From contig CAWHCF010000020.1 of the NCBI GenBank assembly GCA_963827655.1, positions 128,001-192,000 on the forward strand: a DNA stretch of 64,000 bases. Direction: 5' to 3'. The stretch's first letter is position 1, and every line of letters starts with the position of its first letter. Below the pieces are notes generated by a model. That model was not told the origin of the DNA, did no database searches, and was given only the letters and a program-made list of their open reading frames with translations. This document shows positions 53,968-63,337 of this stretch, one piece after another. Source of the DNA: an uncultured Acidobacteriota bacterium. GTDB lineage: Bacteria > Acidobacteriota > UBA6911. Both the position numbers and the translations under genes were made by a program.

Positions 53968-55646
53968 TCCGGTCCGCCCGCTTCCTCTTGCTACTGGCCA
54001 GTGCAGCGTGGTGGCCTGCCGGCGGGCAGGTCGAGATCCATTTCGTGGATATCGCGCCCGCAGCAGGCCTGACGGTGAAGACGGTCTTCGGGGGCGAGAA
54101 GACCAAGCGCTACATTCTGGAAACAACCGGAGGCGGCGCGGCATTTTTTGACTACGACAATGACGGCTGGCTGGATATCTTTCTCGTGAACGGCTCGAGC
54201 TTCGAGGGTCCCGTCGCCGCCACCAATCACCTGTACCGCAATAATCGCGACCGCACGTTTCAGGACGTCACGGTTCGTGCCGGACTCGAGAGGTCCGGAT
54301 GGGGTCAGGGAGTCTGTGCCGGAGATTATGACAACGACGGCGACACCGACCTCTTCGTCACGTACTGGGGACAGAATGTGCTGCATAGAAACAATGGAGA
54401 CGGCACATTCGCCGATATCACCCAGGCAGCGGGCCTGAAGGGCTCTCGCGTGCGCTGGGGGAGCGGTTGCGCCTTTGTCGATTACGACCGGGATGGACGG
54501 CTGGACCTGTTCGTTTCGAACTATATCGACTTCGATCCGAAGGCGGCGCCGGAGCCGGGCTCAGGCCCAACCTGTCTGTTCCGCGGCCTGGCCGTCAACT
54601 GCGGGCCGCGCGGCCTGAAAGGCGAGACCAATCTTCTGTTTCACAACCAGGGCGGAGGAAGATTCGAAGATGTGTCGGAAAGGTCCGGCATCTCCAGGGC
54701 CAGCGGCCATTACGGGCTGGGCGTGCTGGTCGCGGATTTTGACAGCGACGGATGGCCTGACATCTACGTAGCCAACGACCGCAGCGCGAGCTTGTTGTTT
54801 CACAACCGCCGCGACGGCACTTTCGAGGAGATGGGCATCTTTGCCGGCTGCGCCTTCGACGCCGATGGCAAGGCGACGGCCGGAATGGGAGTGGCCGCGG
54901 GCGACTTTGACCGCGACGGCTGGCTTGACATCCTGAAAACGAACTTCTCCGATGAGTCCGCGTCGTTGTACCACAATAGACGGGACGGGCTCTTCGTCGA
55001 CTCCGCTTTGCGGTGGGGGTTGGGACGGAACCGGAAATGGGTGGGTTGGGGATGTGGCTTCGCGGATTTTGATAATGACCGGTGGCCGGACATTCTCATC
55101 GTGAACGGTCACGTATTTCCGGAGCTGGACGACGCCGGCCTCGGGCTGAGCTTCCGGCAGCCGAAAGTGCTGTATCGCAATATCGGCGGCGAGCGCTTCG
55201 AAGATGTGTCCGCGACGGGTGGCGCCGTGATCACCAGCCCCGCGTCCGCGCGCGGCGCCGCCTTCGGCGACTTCGACAATGACGGCCGGCTGGACGTCGT
55301 GATCAACAACATGCATGACGCGCCTTCCCTGCTGCACGCCCAAACTCGAAACCAGAATCACTGGCTCCAGGTTCGCCTGGAGGGGGTCCAGTCGAATCGA
55401 AGCGCGGTCGGAGCGCGGGTCGCGTGCGTGACAGGCAAGTTCCGGCAGATCCAGGAGGTTCGCAGCGGGGGCAGCTTTTTCTCGCAGAACGACTTCCGTC
55501 TGCATTTCGGGCTCGGCGATGCCCGCCGCGTCGATGTGCTCGAGATCCGGTGGCCCGATGGCTCGGTGGAGCGGGTCGTGGACTGCGATGCGGATCAGAT
55601 TATTTCGGTCAAGCAAGGATCGGGGATCGTCTCCCGGAAGCCCTGA
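53964..55646 (+). CDS. CRTAC1-family protein (FG-GAP repeats + ASPIC/UnbV)
   Basis: D.DNDG..D repeats; NRSAVGARV, SGGSFFSQ...LHFGLG, IRWP.G. Confidence 0.92.
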   Translation: MIRSARFLLLLASAAWWPAGGQVEIHFVDIAPAAGLTVKTVFGGEKTKRYILETTGGGAAFFDYDNDGWLDIFLVNGSSFEGPVAATNHLYRNNRDRTFQDVTVRAGLERSGWGQGVCAGDYDNDGDTDLFVTYWGQNVLHRNNGDGTFADITQAAGLKGSRVRWGSGCAFVDYDRDGRLDLFVSNYIDFDPKAAPEPGSGPTCLFRGLAVNCGPRGLKGETNLLFHNQGGGRFEDVSERSGISRASGHYGLGVLVADFDSDGWPDIYVANDRSASLLFHNRRDGTFEEMGIFAGCAFDADGKATAGMGVAAGDFDRDGWLDILKTNFSDESASLYHNRRDGLFVDSALRWGLGRNRKWVGWGCGFADFDNDRWPDILIVNGHVFPELDDAGLGLSFRQPKVLYRNIGGERFEDVSATGGAVITSPASARGAAFGDFDNDGRLDVVINNMHDAPSLLHAQTRNQNHWLQVRLEGVQSNRSAVGARVACVTGKFRQIQEVRSGGSFFSQNDFRLHFGLGDARRVDVLEIRWPDGSVERVVDCDADQIISVKQGSGIVSRKP

Positions 55647-55724
55647 AGCGCAAACAGAAAAGCTTTGTGCCTTCGCGTCCTGGTGGTATTTGTTCACCGC
55701 ACTAACCACGAAGACTCGAAGACG

Positions 55725-56162
55725 CTAGGACCCAATGTCCTCGTGCCAGAGGTCCGGGCGGGCGCGGATGAAATCGGCCATGAGCCGGATGCATTCCGCG
55801 TCATTCCAGACCACCAGTTCAACGCCTCGCGAGCGAAGGTAGTCTTCGGGTCCTCTGAAGGTCTGGTTTTCACCCACCACGATCTTCGGAATCCCGTAAA
55901 GCAGCGCGGTCCCGCTGCACATGTCGCAGGGCGACAGCGTGGAGTAAAGCACGGCTCGCCCGTAATCGCGGGACCGGAGCCTTCCGGCGTTCTCGATGCA
56001 GTCCATTTCCGCGTGCAGGATGGCACTCCCCTTCTGGACGCGCCGATTGTGCCCCCGGCCCACGATCCTTCCATCGATGACCAGGACCGATCCTATCGGA
56101 ATGCCTCCTTCGGCGAGGCCTTGCTTGGCCTCGATGATTGCCGCTTCCAAAAACGGATCCAC
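55725..56162 (-). CDS. Cytosine/nucleoside deaminase (CDA fold)
   Basis: EGGIPIG, HAE, SPCDMC, W.EDIG; GTG start after AGGAG. Confidence 0.92.
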   Translation of the reverse strand: MDPFLEAAIIEAKQGLAEGGIPIGSVLVIDGRIVGRGHNRRVQKGSAILHAEMDCIENAGRLRSRDYGRAVLYSTLSPCDMCSGTALLYGIPKIVVGENQTFRGPEDYLRSRGVELVVWNDAECIRLMADFIRARPDLWHEDIGS

Positions 56163-56203
56163 GGCGCTTGCTCCTGCCGGCTTTTTCAGAATCCTTGTAC
56201 TTA

Positions 56204-56443
56204 GGGCTACGCGCAGAAATAACTTCTACATTTTTGCGCGAGAGTCGGTTGTCAATCATGAACCGCTTTCTGGTCGCTAAGCACGCTGAGGATCGCGCCC
56301 CTTCGGGCTGCGGCCCCAGGCCCGCTGGCTTTCTCTGCACGCGACTCTGACGTAGCGCACAGGGTACGAATCGTCGACTCGCGTGCCTCGCCAGCGGGCC
56401 TGGGGGCCTGCAGCAGAATGCAAACTTATTTCTGCGCGAACCC
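56204..56443 (+). mobile_element. MITE copy 4 (240 bp)
   Basis: TTA|GGGCTACGCGCAGAAATAAC ... CAGAATGCAAACTTATTTCTGCGCGAACCC|TTG; interior closely matches copy 1. Confidence 0.85.
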
Positions 56444-56460
56444 TTGGGGTTGGGTCAGGA

Positions 56461-57801
56461 TCAGGGCACCGGAATATCGGGCCGCCGCTCCTTCCAGGTG
56501 CGCGCCTTCATGTCGCCCAGCCACGGCTGTACGATTGTGCGATCCAGGTGCAGTTCGGCCAGAGCCAGAGGTTGCTTCGCCGTAGCTTCGGCAAGCACGC
56601 TTCCGGTCGGGTCCACGATGAAGGTCTTCATGTCGTAGCTGGAGGTTACGACGAATATGTGATTCTCGATCGCCCGCGCTTGAGCGAGCACCTCGCTTCC
56701 ACCCCAGATGGGAAGCAGGATGACCTCGGCGCCCTTGAGCGCAAGGGCACGCCACGGTTCCGGAAACTGCAGGTCCCAGCAGATCAACAACCCCACATTG
56801 CCAAAGTCCGTTCTGAACACGGGATAGGAATCACCGGGAGTGAGACCTCCTTCGAACTCTTCGCGGGGCAGGTGGGTCTTGCGATATTTGCCTGCGATTT
56901 CGCCCTTTCGTCCGATGAGGACCGCGGTGTTGTAAATCGCGGCGCCGTCCCGCTCATAGATTCCGGCGACGATATATGAATTCAGTTTTTTCGCCAGATC
57001 GCTCAACCTCTGGCTGGTCGGTCCCGGAACCGGTTCGCTGACCTCTGCATAGGATCTTCCGTTGCCGATGAGCGTGATCCCCTCGGGCAGACAGATGATA
57101 TCGGGCCGCTGCGCCGCGGCAGCTTCGACCATGCGGCTAAACTGTTCCAGGTTCTCGGCGGCGGACTTTGTTCCGCGCGGCCGGTGGTAAATGGTCGCGG
57201 CCCGGACCACACGCCGGCGAGGGGAGGGATCTTCAAGGAGCTGGATGTCATCCCACCAGACCGTTCCTCCGGCGCACCAGCCAAGGGTGAGATGTATCAC
57301 GACGCTCTGAGCCTTGTCCGGCGCAGAAGCGACATACTCGGTTTTCGTCCACCCCGCGTCCGTGCCGGCCTCGGGAACGTAATCGGGCGGGCGCGCCCGG
57401 TTTCCTCGAGCATCCAGCCACTCGAGCCGGGCGGCCACGGAGCGCATCTCATGTTGGATGCCCTTCGTCCGGTAGTAAGCAATGAATCGATAGCTCCGTC
57501 CGGCAACGATGTTGCCCACGCTACATCGCCACGCCCCGAACGCAGCCGGGTTGCTGTTGCCCTCGATCCGCAAAGATCCGCGGCCGCTGCGTCCAGCGCC
57601 CGGATCCACGGCGAAGCGTGGCGCAATCTCGGGGCGCGGCGACCATTGAGTCCAACCCTCGGGAGCTCCGTTCGACTCCTTCATCTGGGCGAAATCGCGG
57701 AAATGGGCAAGGACTCGTGACGAGGGCGCGCTGGGCGCCGCTCCACCGCATAGTCCAAACACTACCAGCACACTTGACCCCATCCAGTGCAGCTTGCGCA
57801 T
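56461..57801 (-). CDS. Exported carbon-nitrogen hydrolase with N-terminal jelly-roll-like domain
   Basis: GAGGAGG RBS; signal peptide; LPEG, YRKTH, ICWD triad. Confidence 0.88.
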   Translation of the reverse strand: MRKLHWMGSSVLVVFGLCGGAAPSAPSSRVLAHFRDFAQMKESNGAPEGWTQWSPRPEIAPRFAVDPGAGRSGRGSLRIEGNSNPAAFGAWRCSVGNIVAGRSYRFIAYYRTKGIQHEMRSVAARLEWLDARGNRARPPDYVPEAGTDAGWTKTEYVASAPDKAQSVVIHLTLGWCAGGTVWWDDIQLLEDPSPRRRVVRAATIYHRPRGTKSAAENLEQFSRMVEAAAAQRPDIICLPEGITLIGNGRSYAEVSEPVPGPTSQRLSDLAKKLNSYIVAGIYERDGAAIYNTAVLIGRKGEIAGKYRKTHLPREEFEGGLTPGDSYPVFRTDFGNVGLLICWDLQFPEPWRALALKGAEVILLPIWGGSEVLAQARAIENHIFVVTSSYDMKTFIVDPTGSVLAEATAKQPLALAELHLDRTIVQPWLGDMKARTWKERRPDIPVP

Positions 57802-58148
57802 TTTTGCAAATCCTCCTCAGGGAGCGGTTGGCCCTGTCCCCCAGCCTTTTACCACAAAGACGCGAAGACGCTAAGTATTTGGATGCTCCGGAAATTCGGC
57901 CCAGCTCCCGCAGACTGGAATTCTCACCGAAATTTTACCTTTTCATCATGACTTGTCCTTTAGGCATTATCTATATAGGTTGTGAGAGTTCGGTCGTGCA
58001 AGTGGTATACTTTAGACTCGTTCGACAGTCCGGCCGGGTGGCCTTTAACTCGCGTTGATTTCGGCTGCTGGACGCGCTATCGATATCGAACTAAGGGTCA
58101 GGCAATTAATTTTGTGAGTTTGCGACCGGCATGGATGGAGAGCTCAAC

Positions 58149-58553
58149 ATGAAAAACCCCAGAATGAAATTTGTAGTCGGTGCAGTGGTGATTTTGACAG
58201 CGCTGGCCTGGCTGGGATTCGTAGGATTCCAGGAGAGCAAGGCCTACTACATCACCGTGGACGAGTTCAGCGCAATTCAAAGGGACGTCCATGGGAAGAC
58301 TCTGAAGGTCGCGGGCGATGTGCTTGCAGGTTCGATCAACCGAGCCAAAACGCCGATGGAGTTCGTCATCGGTCACAACGGGAAGAGCCTCAAGGTCCAC
58401 TACGTCGGGAAGGAGTTCATTCCAGACACCTTCAAAGACGGGGCCAAGGCCGTGGTCGAAGGAACTATGGCTGGCGATGGGACTTTCCAGGCCAAGCATA
58501 TCGAGGCCAAATGCGCCTCCAAGTACGAGGCGGAATACGAAAGTCGCAGTTAA
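58149..58553 (+). CDS. ccmE: Heme chaperone CcmE (Cys variant)
   Basis: N-terminal TM; YY.T..E, PDTFK.G...VVEG, AKCASKY. Confidence 0.92.
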   Translation: MKNPRMKFVVGAVVILTALAWLGFVGFQESKAYYITVDEFSAIQRDVHGKTLKVAGDVLAGSINRAKTPMEFVIGHNGKSLKVHYVGKEFIPDTFKDGAKAVVEGTMAGDGTFQAKHIEAKCASKYEAEYESRS

Positions 58554-58617
58554 GCGGTAGGCGGTAGGCAGTGAGATCGCTGCCTGCTGTTTACTGCCTA
58601 CTGCTTATCGCCTACTG
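58554..58617. repeat. Inverted heptamer arrays (GGCGGTA)n / (TACTGCC)n
   Basis: gcggtaggcggtaggcagt ... tactgcctactgc..cgcctactg between ccmE and ccmF. Confidence 0.7.
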
Positions 58618-58623
58618 TTTGTT

Positions 58624-60662
58624 ATGAGCAATTTCGGAAACTTCTGCCTGCTTCTTGCTTTCTGCCTGACGGTGTATTCGGTGTTTGCCGCCGTGGTGGG
58701 CGCGCTGCAAAAACAACATCGCATTGTGCGCAGCGCCGAGCGCGCGGCGATCGCAGCCTGCGGAAGCATCGCGCTTGCGCTCTTTTCCCTGATCTACCTG
58801 CTGGTCACCAGCGACTTCACCGTATCTCACGTCGCGAGCGCCACGAACCGCGACCTGCCGGTGTACTACAAAATTGCGGCCCTCTGGGGAGCCCATAACG
58901 GATCCATGCTCCTCTGGGTCTTCGTGACGTCGATTTTTAGCGGCATCGTAATCTTCCAGAACCGGTTCCGCTATCGCGACATGATGCCCTATGTCATCGC
59001 CGTCCTGATGGTCAATCTCTCGTTCTTTCTCTTCTTGAACCTGTTCATGTCGAATCCCTTCGAGCAGCTTGTGCAGGTGCAGGCCGATGGGACCATGCAG
59101 AGTTTTGTGCCGCGCGACGGACGAGGATTGAACCCGGCTCTGCAGTACTGGGCGATGATCATCCATCCTCCAATCCTTTACCTCGGGTTCATCGGCTTCG
59201 TGGTCCCGTTTTCGTTTGCCATCGGGGCTCTGGCCACCAAACAGCTGGGAGAGACATGGATTCGCACGACCCGACGGTGGACGCTGGTTCCCTGGATGTT
59301 CCTGGGTACGGGGCTCATCCTGGGTGGCAGATGGGCCTATGAAGAGCTGGGGTGGGGTGGGTACTGGGCGTGGGACCCCGTGGAGAACGCGTCCTTGATG
59401 CCGTGGTTGACCGGAACTGCATTCCTTCACTCGGTAATTGTTCAGGAGCGCAAAGGAATGCTGAAGGTTTGGAACGTTCTCCTGATTACCGTTACCTACC
59501 TGCTCGGGGTATTTGGAACCTTCATCACTCGCAGCGGCATCGTCAACTCGGTTCATGCCTTTGCGGACTCTTCGCTGGGACCCTTCTTCCTCGTCTACAT
59601 GTCTTTGGTTTTTTGCGCTAGTTTGTACTTGATCATCGATCGCCTTCCCTACCTCAAGACTGAGCGGCCGCTGGATTCGGTTTTGTCTCGCGAAAGCGCC
59701 TTCATGTTCAACAACTTCATCCTGCTCGTCGCCTGTTTTTCGGTATTTTGGGGGACCATGTTTCCGATCCTTTCGGAATGGGTGCAGGGGACGAAGATAA
59801 CCGTCGGCGCGCCGTTCTTCAATAATGTCAACATTCCGATCGGTCTGTTTCTTCTGCTGCTCACCGGCATCGGGCCGCTGTTTGCCTGGCGAAAAACCTC
59901 GGTGGAGAGCCTCAAGAAGGCGTTCTTCTGGCCTGTCATTCTCTCGATCCTGACCTGCGTGACGTTGATAGCCTTTGGCCTGCGCAACTTCTATGCGGCG
60001 GTGTCGTTCACGCTGTGCGTCTTCGTCTTTGCCACGATTTTCCAGGAGTTCTACAAGGGCGCCATGGTACGCGCCCGGAACACGGGGGAGAGGTTTGTCG
60101 GCGCGCTCTGGTGAATCTTACCTTGAAGAACAAACGGCGCTACGGCGGCTACATTGTGCACTTTGCCATCGTCGTAATCTTCGTCGGCCTTACCGGGAAT
60201 GCCTTCAACGTCGAGGAGAAGAAGCTGCTGAAGCGAGGCGATGAGATGCAGATCGGGCGCTACATGCTGCGGCTGACCGACTATCACGAAGGGGACACTC
60301 CCAATTATCGGTACGCCAACCTCACGATGGAGGCCTACAAGGACGGAAAGTTTCTTCGGACGATGAAGCCGGAGAAGCGCGCGTACAAGCATGGTGATCA
60401 GCAGACGATGACCGAAGTGGAGGTCTACAGCACCGCCAAGGAAGATCTGTACGTGGTTTTTACCGGCCCGACCAATGATGGCAAGGCGTATGAAATTACG
60501 GTCTTCGTCAATCCGCTCGTGTTTTGGGTCTGGGCCGGCGCCGTCATCATGGTGCTTGGAACTCTTGTGACCTTGCTGCCGGACCGCAAGGGCGCCTTTG
60601 CCTCGCCACGGCTGGGATTGGGAGAAGCCGCCACCGTTGAAGAGGGTTTGAACATAGAATAG
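58624..60662 (+). CDS. ccmF: Heme lyase CcmF, frameshift near 60105
   Basis: GLNP.LQ, IHPP.LY.G, WGGYWAWDPVENASLMPW, SVHAF, VNPLV.WVW.G. Confidence 0.95.
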
Positions 60663-60932
60663 CGACGACTCGCCACGAAGAGGCTGTCGCAAGACGACCC
60701 GATACATGTGCGGACGGGCTATCAAGCCCGTCCGGCACCCAAGTGGCACAAAAGAACTTTTTAAGGCTAAATCCTCCCGATCACTTACGGGTCTGTACCT
60801 TAGCGCCATCGGGCGTGCTGATGACCCGTGCCGCCACATAAGGCTTTGGAAATTGTCTGGGCCACATTCCAGCGTCGAGCTGACTTTTGCGACGGTCTCA
60901 CAAAGACCCGAAGCCGCGAACCATCATCAAGC

Positions 60933-61400
60933 ATGAAAGTTAGAATTCTAATCCTGCTGGCTGCTCTGCTTGCGACCGTTCCGTCCCTGCCCGCTCCTGA
61001 TGCCCGGGATATTGAAAAGGGGTACAGGGAAGTAGGAGCAAAGCTGACCTGCCAGTGCGGTTGTCGCGAGCAGATTACCAAATGCGGCATGCAGAACTGT
61101 GGTTCGGCCACTCCCATTCGAGCGGAGATACGAGAAAAGCTCAAAGCCGGTATGGGGGTGGAGCCGATCGTGGAAAGCTTCGTGGCCCGCATGGGGAAGC
61201 AAGTTCTGGCAGCGCCCCCCATGGAAGGTTTCGACCTGACGGCGTGGATCGTGCCTTTTGCGATGCTCGGGCTGGGGCTCGTTCTGGTCGGGTGGATCGT
61301 GGTGAAGATGCGCCACCCGGCTGAACCGGTCGAGGAAATTACAGCGGCGCAGGACGCGCGCGTCGAGAATGAACTCAGAGATTTCGAAGAGGAGAGCTGA
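60933..61400 (+). CDS. ccmH: Cytochrome c biogenesis protein CcmH
   Basis: Signal peptide; LTCQCGC..CGMQNC; VLAAPP..GF...AW..P. Confidence 0.85.
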   Translation: MKVRILILLAALLATVPSLPAPDARDIEKGYREVGAKLTCQCGCREQITKCGMQNCGSATPIRAEIREKLKAGMGVEPIVESFVARMGKQVLAAPPMEGFDLTAWIVPFAMLGLGLVLVGWIVVKMRHPAEPVEEITAAQDARVENELRDFEEES

Positions 61401-61846
61401 TGTTTTACGTCGCGTGCGCGGCTCTGGCGGCGCTGGCCGGTTTCTATGTCCTCATCCCGCTCTTCAAGGAGCCTAAAGGGAATCTCGAAGTCGAGTTGCT
61501 GGCCGAGACTGAACTGGATCGCCTGCTGAATCGCAAAGCCATCGTGTACACGAATCTCAAAGACCTGGATTTCGAGTACAAGCTGGGCCGGCTGTCCGAT
61601 GCCGATTTCCAGCGGCTGGAAGCCGGCTACAAGGCGGAGGCCGCCCAAATTCTGCAGCAGCTGGACCAGCTGGGAGTGGAAAAAAACATCGACGAGACTA
61701 TCGAGAGGGATGTTGCCACCCGGCGGTCGAAGCTTTTCTCCTCCGCATCCCCGGCATCGGCCCAGAGCGCAACCCGTTGCCCTGCCTGCGGGACTGCCAC
61801 GATTGCCGGGAAGAAGTTCTGCGCCGACTGCGGTCACCAACTCTAG
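61400..61846 (+). CDS. CcmI-like membrane-anchored protein with zinc ribbon
   Basis: TM; LKDLDFEY..G.LS..D; CPACG...FCADCG. Confidence 0.75.
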   Translation: MFYVACAALAALAGFYVLIPLFKEPKGNLEVELLAETELDRLLNRKAIVYTNLKDLDFEYKLGRLSDADFQRLEAGYKAEAAQILQQLDQLGVEKNIDETIERDVATRRSKLFSSASPASAQSATRCPACGTATIAGKKFCADCGHQL

Positions 61847-61847
61847 T

Positions 61848-62070
61848 GATTGACGATTTACGATTGACGATTTACGATTTGAACCGCCGTTGACCGTCCA
61901 TTTAGTGGTTCAATCGTCAATCGTCATGCGGATTTACGATTGGGGATCAGCCGTGATCCGAACGCCGAGCAGGATTGACGATTTACGATTTACGATTTAC
62001 GATTTGAGACCGGCTGCCAACCGCGCGCCTAGGGGTTTAATCGTCAATCGTCAATCGTCAATCGTCAATC
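61848..62070. repeat. Two consecutive inverted heptamer cassettes (GATT[G/T]AC)n / (AATCGTC)n
   Basis: gattgacgatttacgattgacgatttacgattt...aatcgtcaatcgtc, then gattgacgatttacgatttacgatttacgattt...aatcgtcaatcgtcaatcgtcaatcgtcaatc. Confidence 0.85.
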
Positions 62071-62075
62071 TGAGC

Positions 62076-63263
62076 GTGGCTGCTAAGGTCTTGGTCCTTT
62101 TGTTTATGATCAGCTGCACTCTCCACGCTCAGGGCGGCGGGGTTGTAGAAGGGAAGCTGGTGAACGGGACCGATCCTCGAATTGTGGGCGCCGGTATTGA
62201 TCTGGAGGTCATCAGGCTCGGGGGCGGAATGACCGTCTTGAAATCTGCGGTGTCCGATTCCGCGGGCCGTTTTCGGTTTGAAGGACTTCCTACCGATGCG
62301 CCCTTGTTGATCCGGGCCAACTACAAGTCCGTGAATTACCACGGCAGGGTAGACTTCGGTGCTTCGAGCAAGGCCACGGTTGAAATTGAGATTTATGAAA
62401 CAACAACCTCGATGAAGGGAATACGGATCGAAGATATCCGGCTCGGGTTCAAGCTCGAAGGCGAGCATCTGCTGTCCCTGGAAACCTGCTCGTTCGTCAA
62501 CGAAACCAACCCCAAGAAGACGTTCATGAGCATGGAAGGGAATTTTCGCTTTTCGAAAGCTCAGGGAATCGAATCGCCTCCACAGTTGACCGTTACCGGA
62601 CCGGGTGCAGCCATGCCGCTCAATCAGCCGCCTCTGGAGAGCGCCGACGGCCAGAGTTACTACAGCCTGTACCCGCTCCGTCCCGGCAAGACCAGGTTCG
62701 AGCTGGAACAGACGCTCCCGTATCACGACCGCAGCTATACCTATCGTAAGAAGTTCTATCAGGACATTCCTGCCTACCAGATCGGAGTCATTCCTCGAGA
62801 CATGGAACTGAAAGGAGATGGCTTGCAGAGGTTCCATGACGACCAGAAGATGAATTTCGCTTTCTACAGCGGCAGTCCGGTGAAAGCTGGAACCGAGGTG
62901 GCTTGGGTTTTTGCAGGGGGTACGCCTGTGGCTGCCGAGGCGGCGGATGACTCTGGCGAATCACGCATCAAGCCTTTTCCCACTGAAATCGGCCAACGCG
63001 CGCTGTTGATCGGCCCTCTGCTGCTCATGGCGCTTATCGCGGTTCTGTGGTACGCCTTCAACAGCATTCCAGCCAAGGTATCGAAATCGCAGGATCCGCG
63101 CATTAAAGAGCTGAAGGAACGACGCGATCGTCTGTTGAACCTGGTTGCCACTCTGGATCACCGTCATGAGGACCGCGCCCTGGAGCGCCGAGACTATGTC
63201 CGGCTGCGAGAGCAGGCAAAAAGCCAGTTGCGACGTATCGCGTTGCTCCTGGGAAAAAAGTAA
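62076..63263 (+). CDS. Exported carboxypeptidase-regulatory-like domain protein with C-terminal TM (start uncertain)
   Basis: GKLVNGT...SDSAGRFRF.GL; TM near residue 375 of the listed ORF; helical tail; upstream ORF extension is translated heptamer repeat. Confidence 0.75.
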   Translation: MAAKVLVLLFMISCTLHAQGGGVVEGKLVNGTDPRIVGAGIDLEVIRLGGGMTVLKSAVSDSAGRFRFEGLPTDAPLLIRANYKSVNYHGRVDFGASSKATVEIEIYETTTSMKGIRIEDIRLGFKLEGEHLLSLETCSFVNETNPKKTFMSMEGNFRFSKAQGIESPPQLTVTGPGAAMPLNQPPLESADGQSYYSLYPLRPGKTRFELEQTLPYHDRSYTYRKKFYQDIPAYQIGVIPRDMELKGDGLQRFHDDQKMNFAFYSGSPVKAGTEVAWVFAGGTPVAAEAADDSGESRIKPFPTEIGQRALLIGPLLLMALIAVLWYAFNSIPAKVSKSQDPRIKELKERRDRLLNLVATLDHRHEDRALERRDYVRLREQAKSQLRRIALLLGKK

Positions 63264-63337
63264 ACTCGTTGGAATTGACGATTGACGATTGGACCCCAGG
63301 ATCCACGGGGCACCGTCAACAACTGGCTCGATTGCCA

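Noticed and set aside
3332-60662. Many frameshifted genes read as pseudogenes or programmed frameshifts
   Set aside because: Single-base indels hit unrelated genes including ccmF, and differ between duplicate copies. Long-read error is the simplest explanation.
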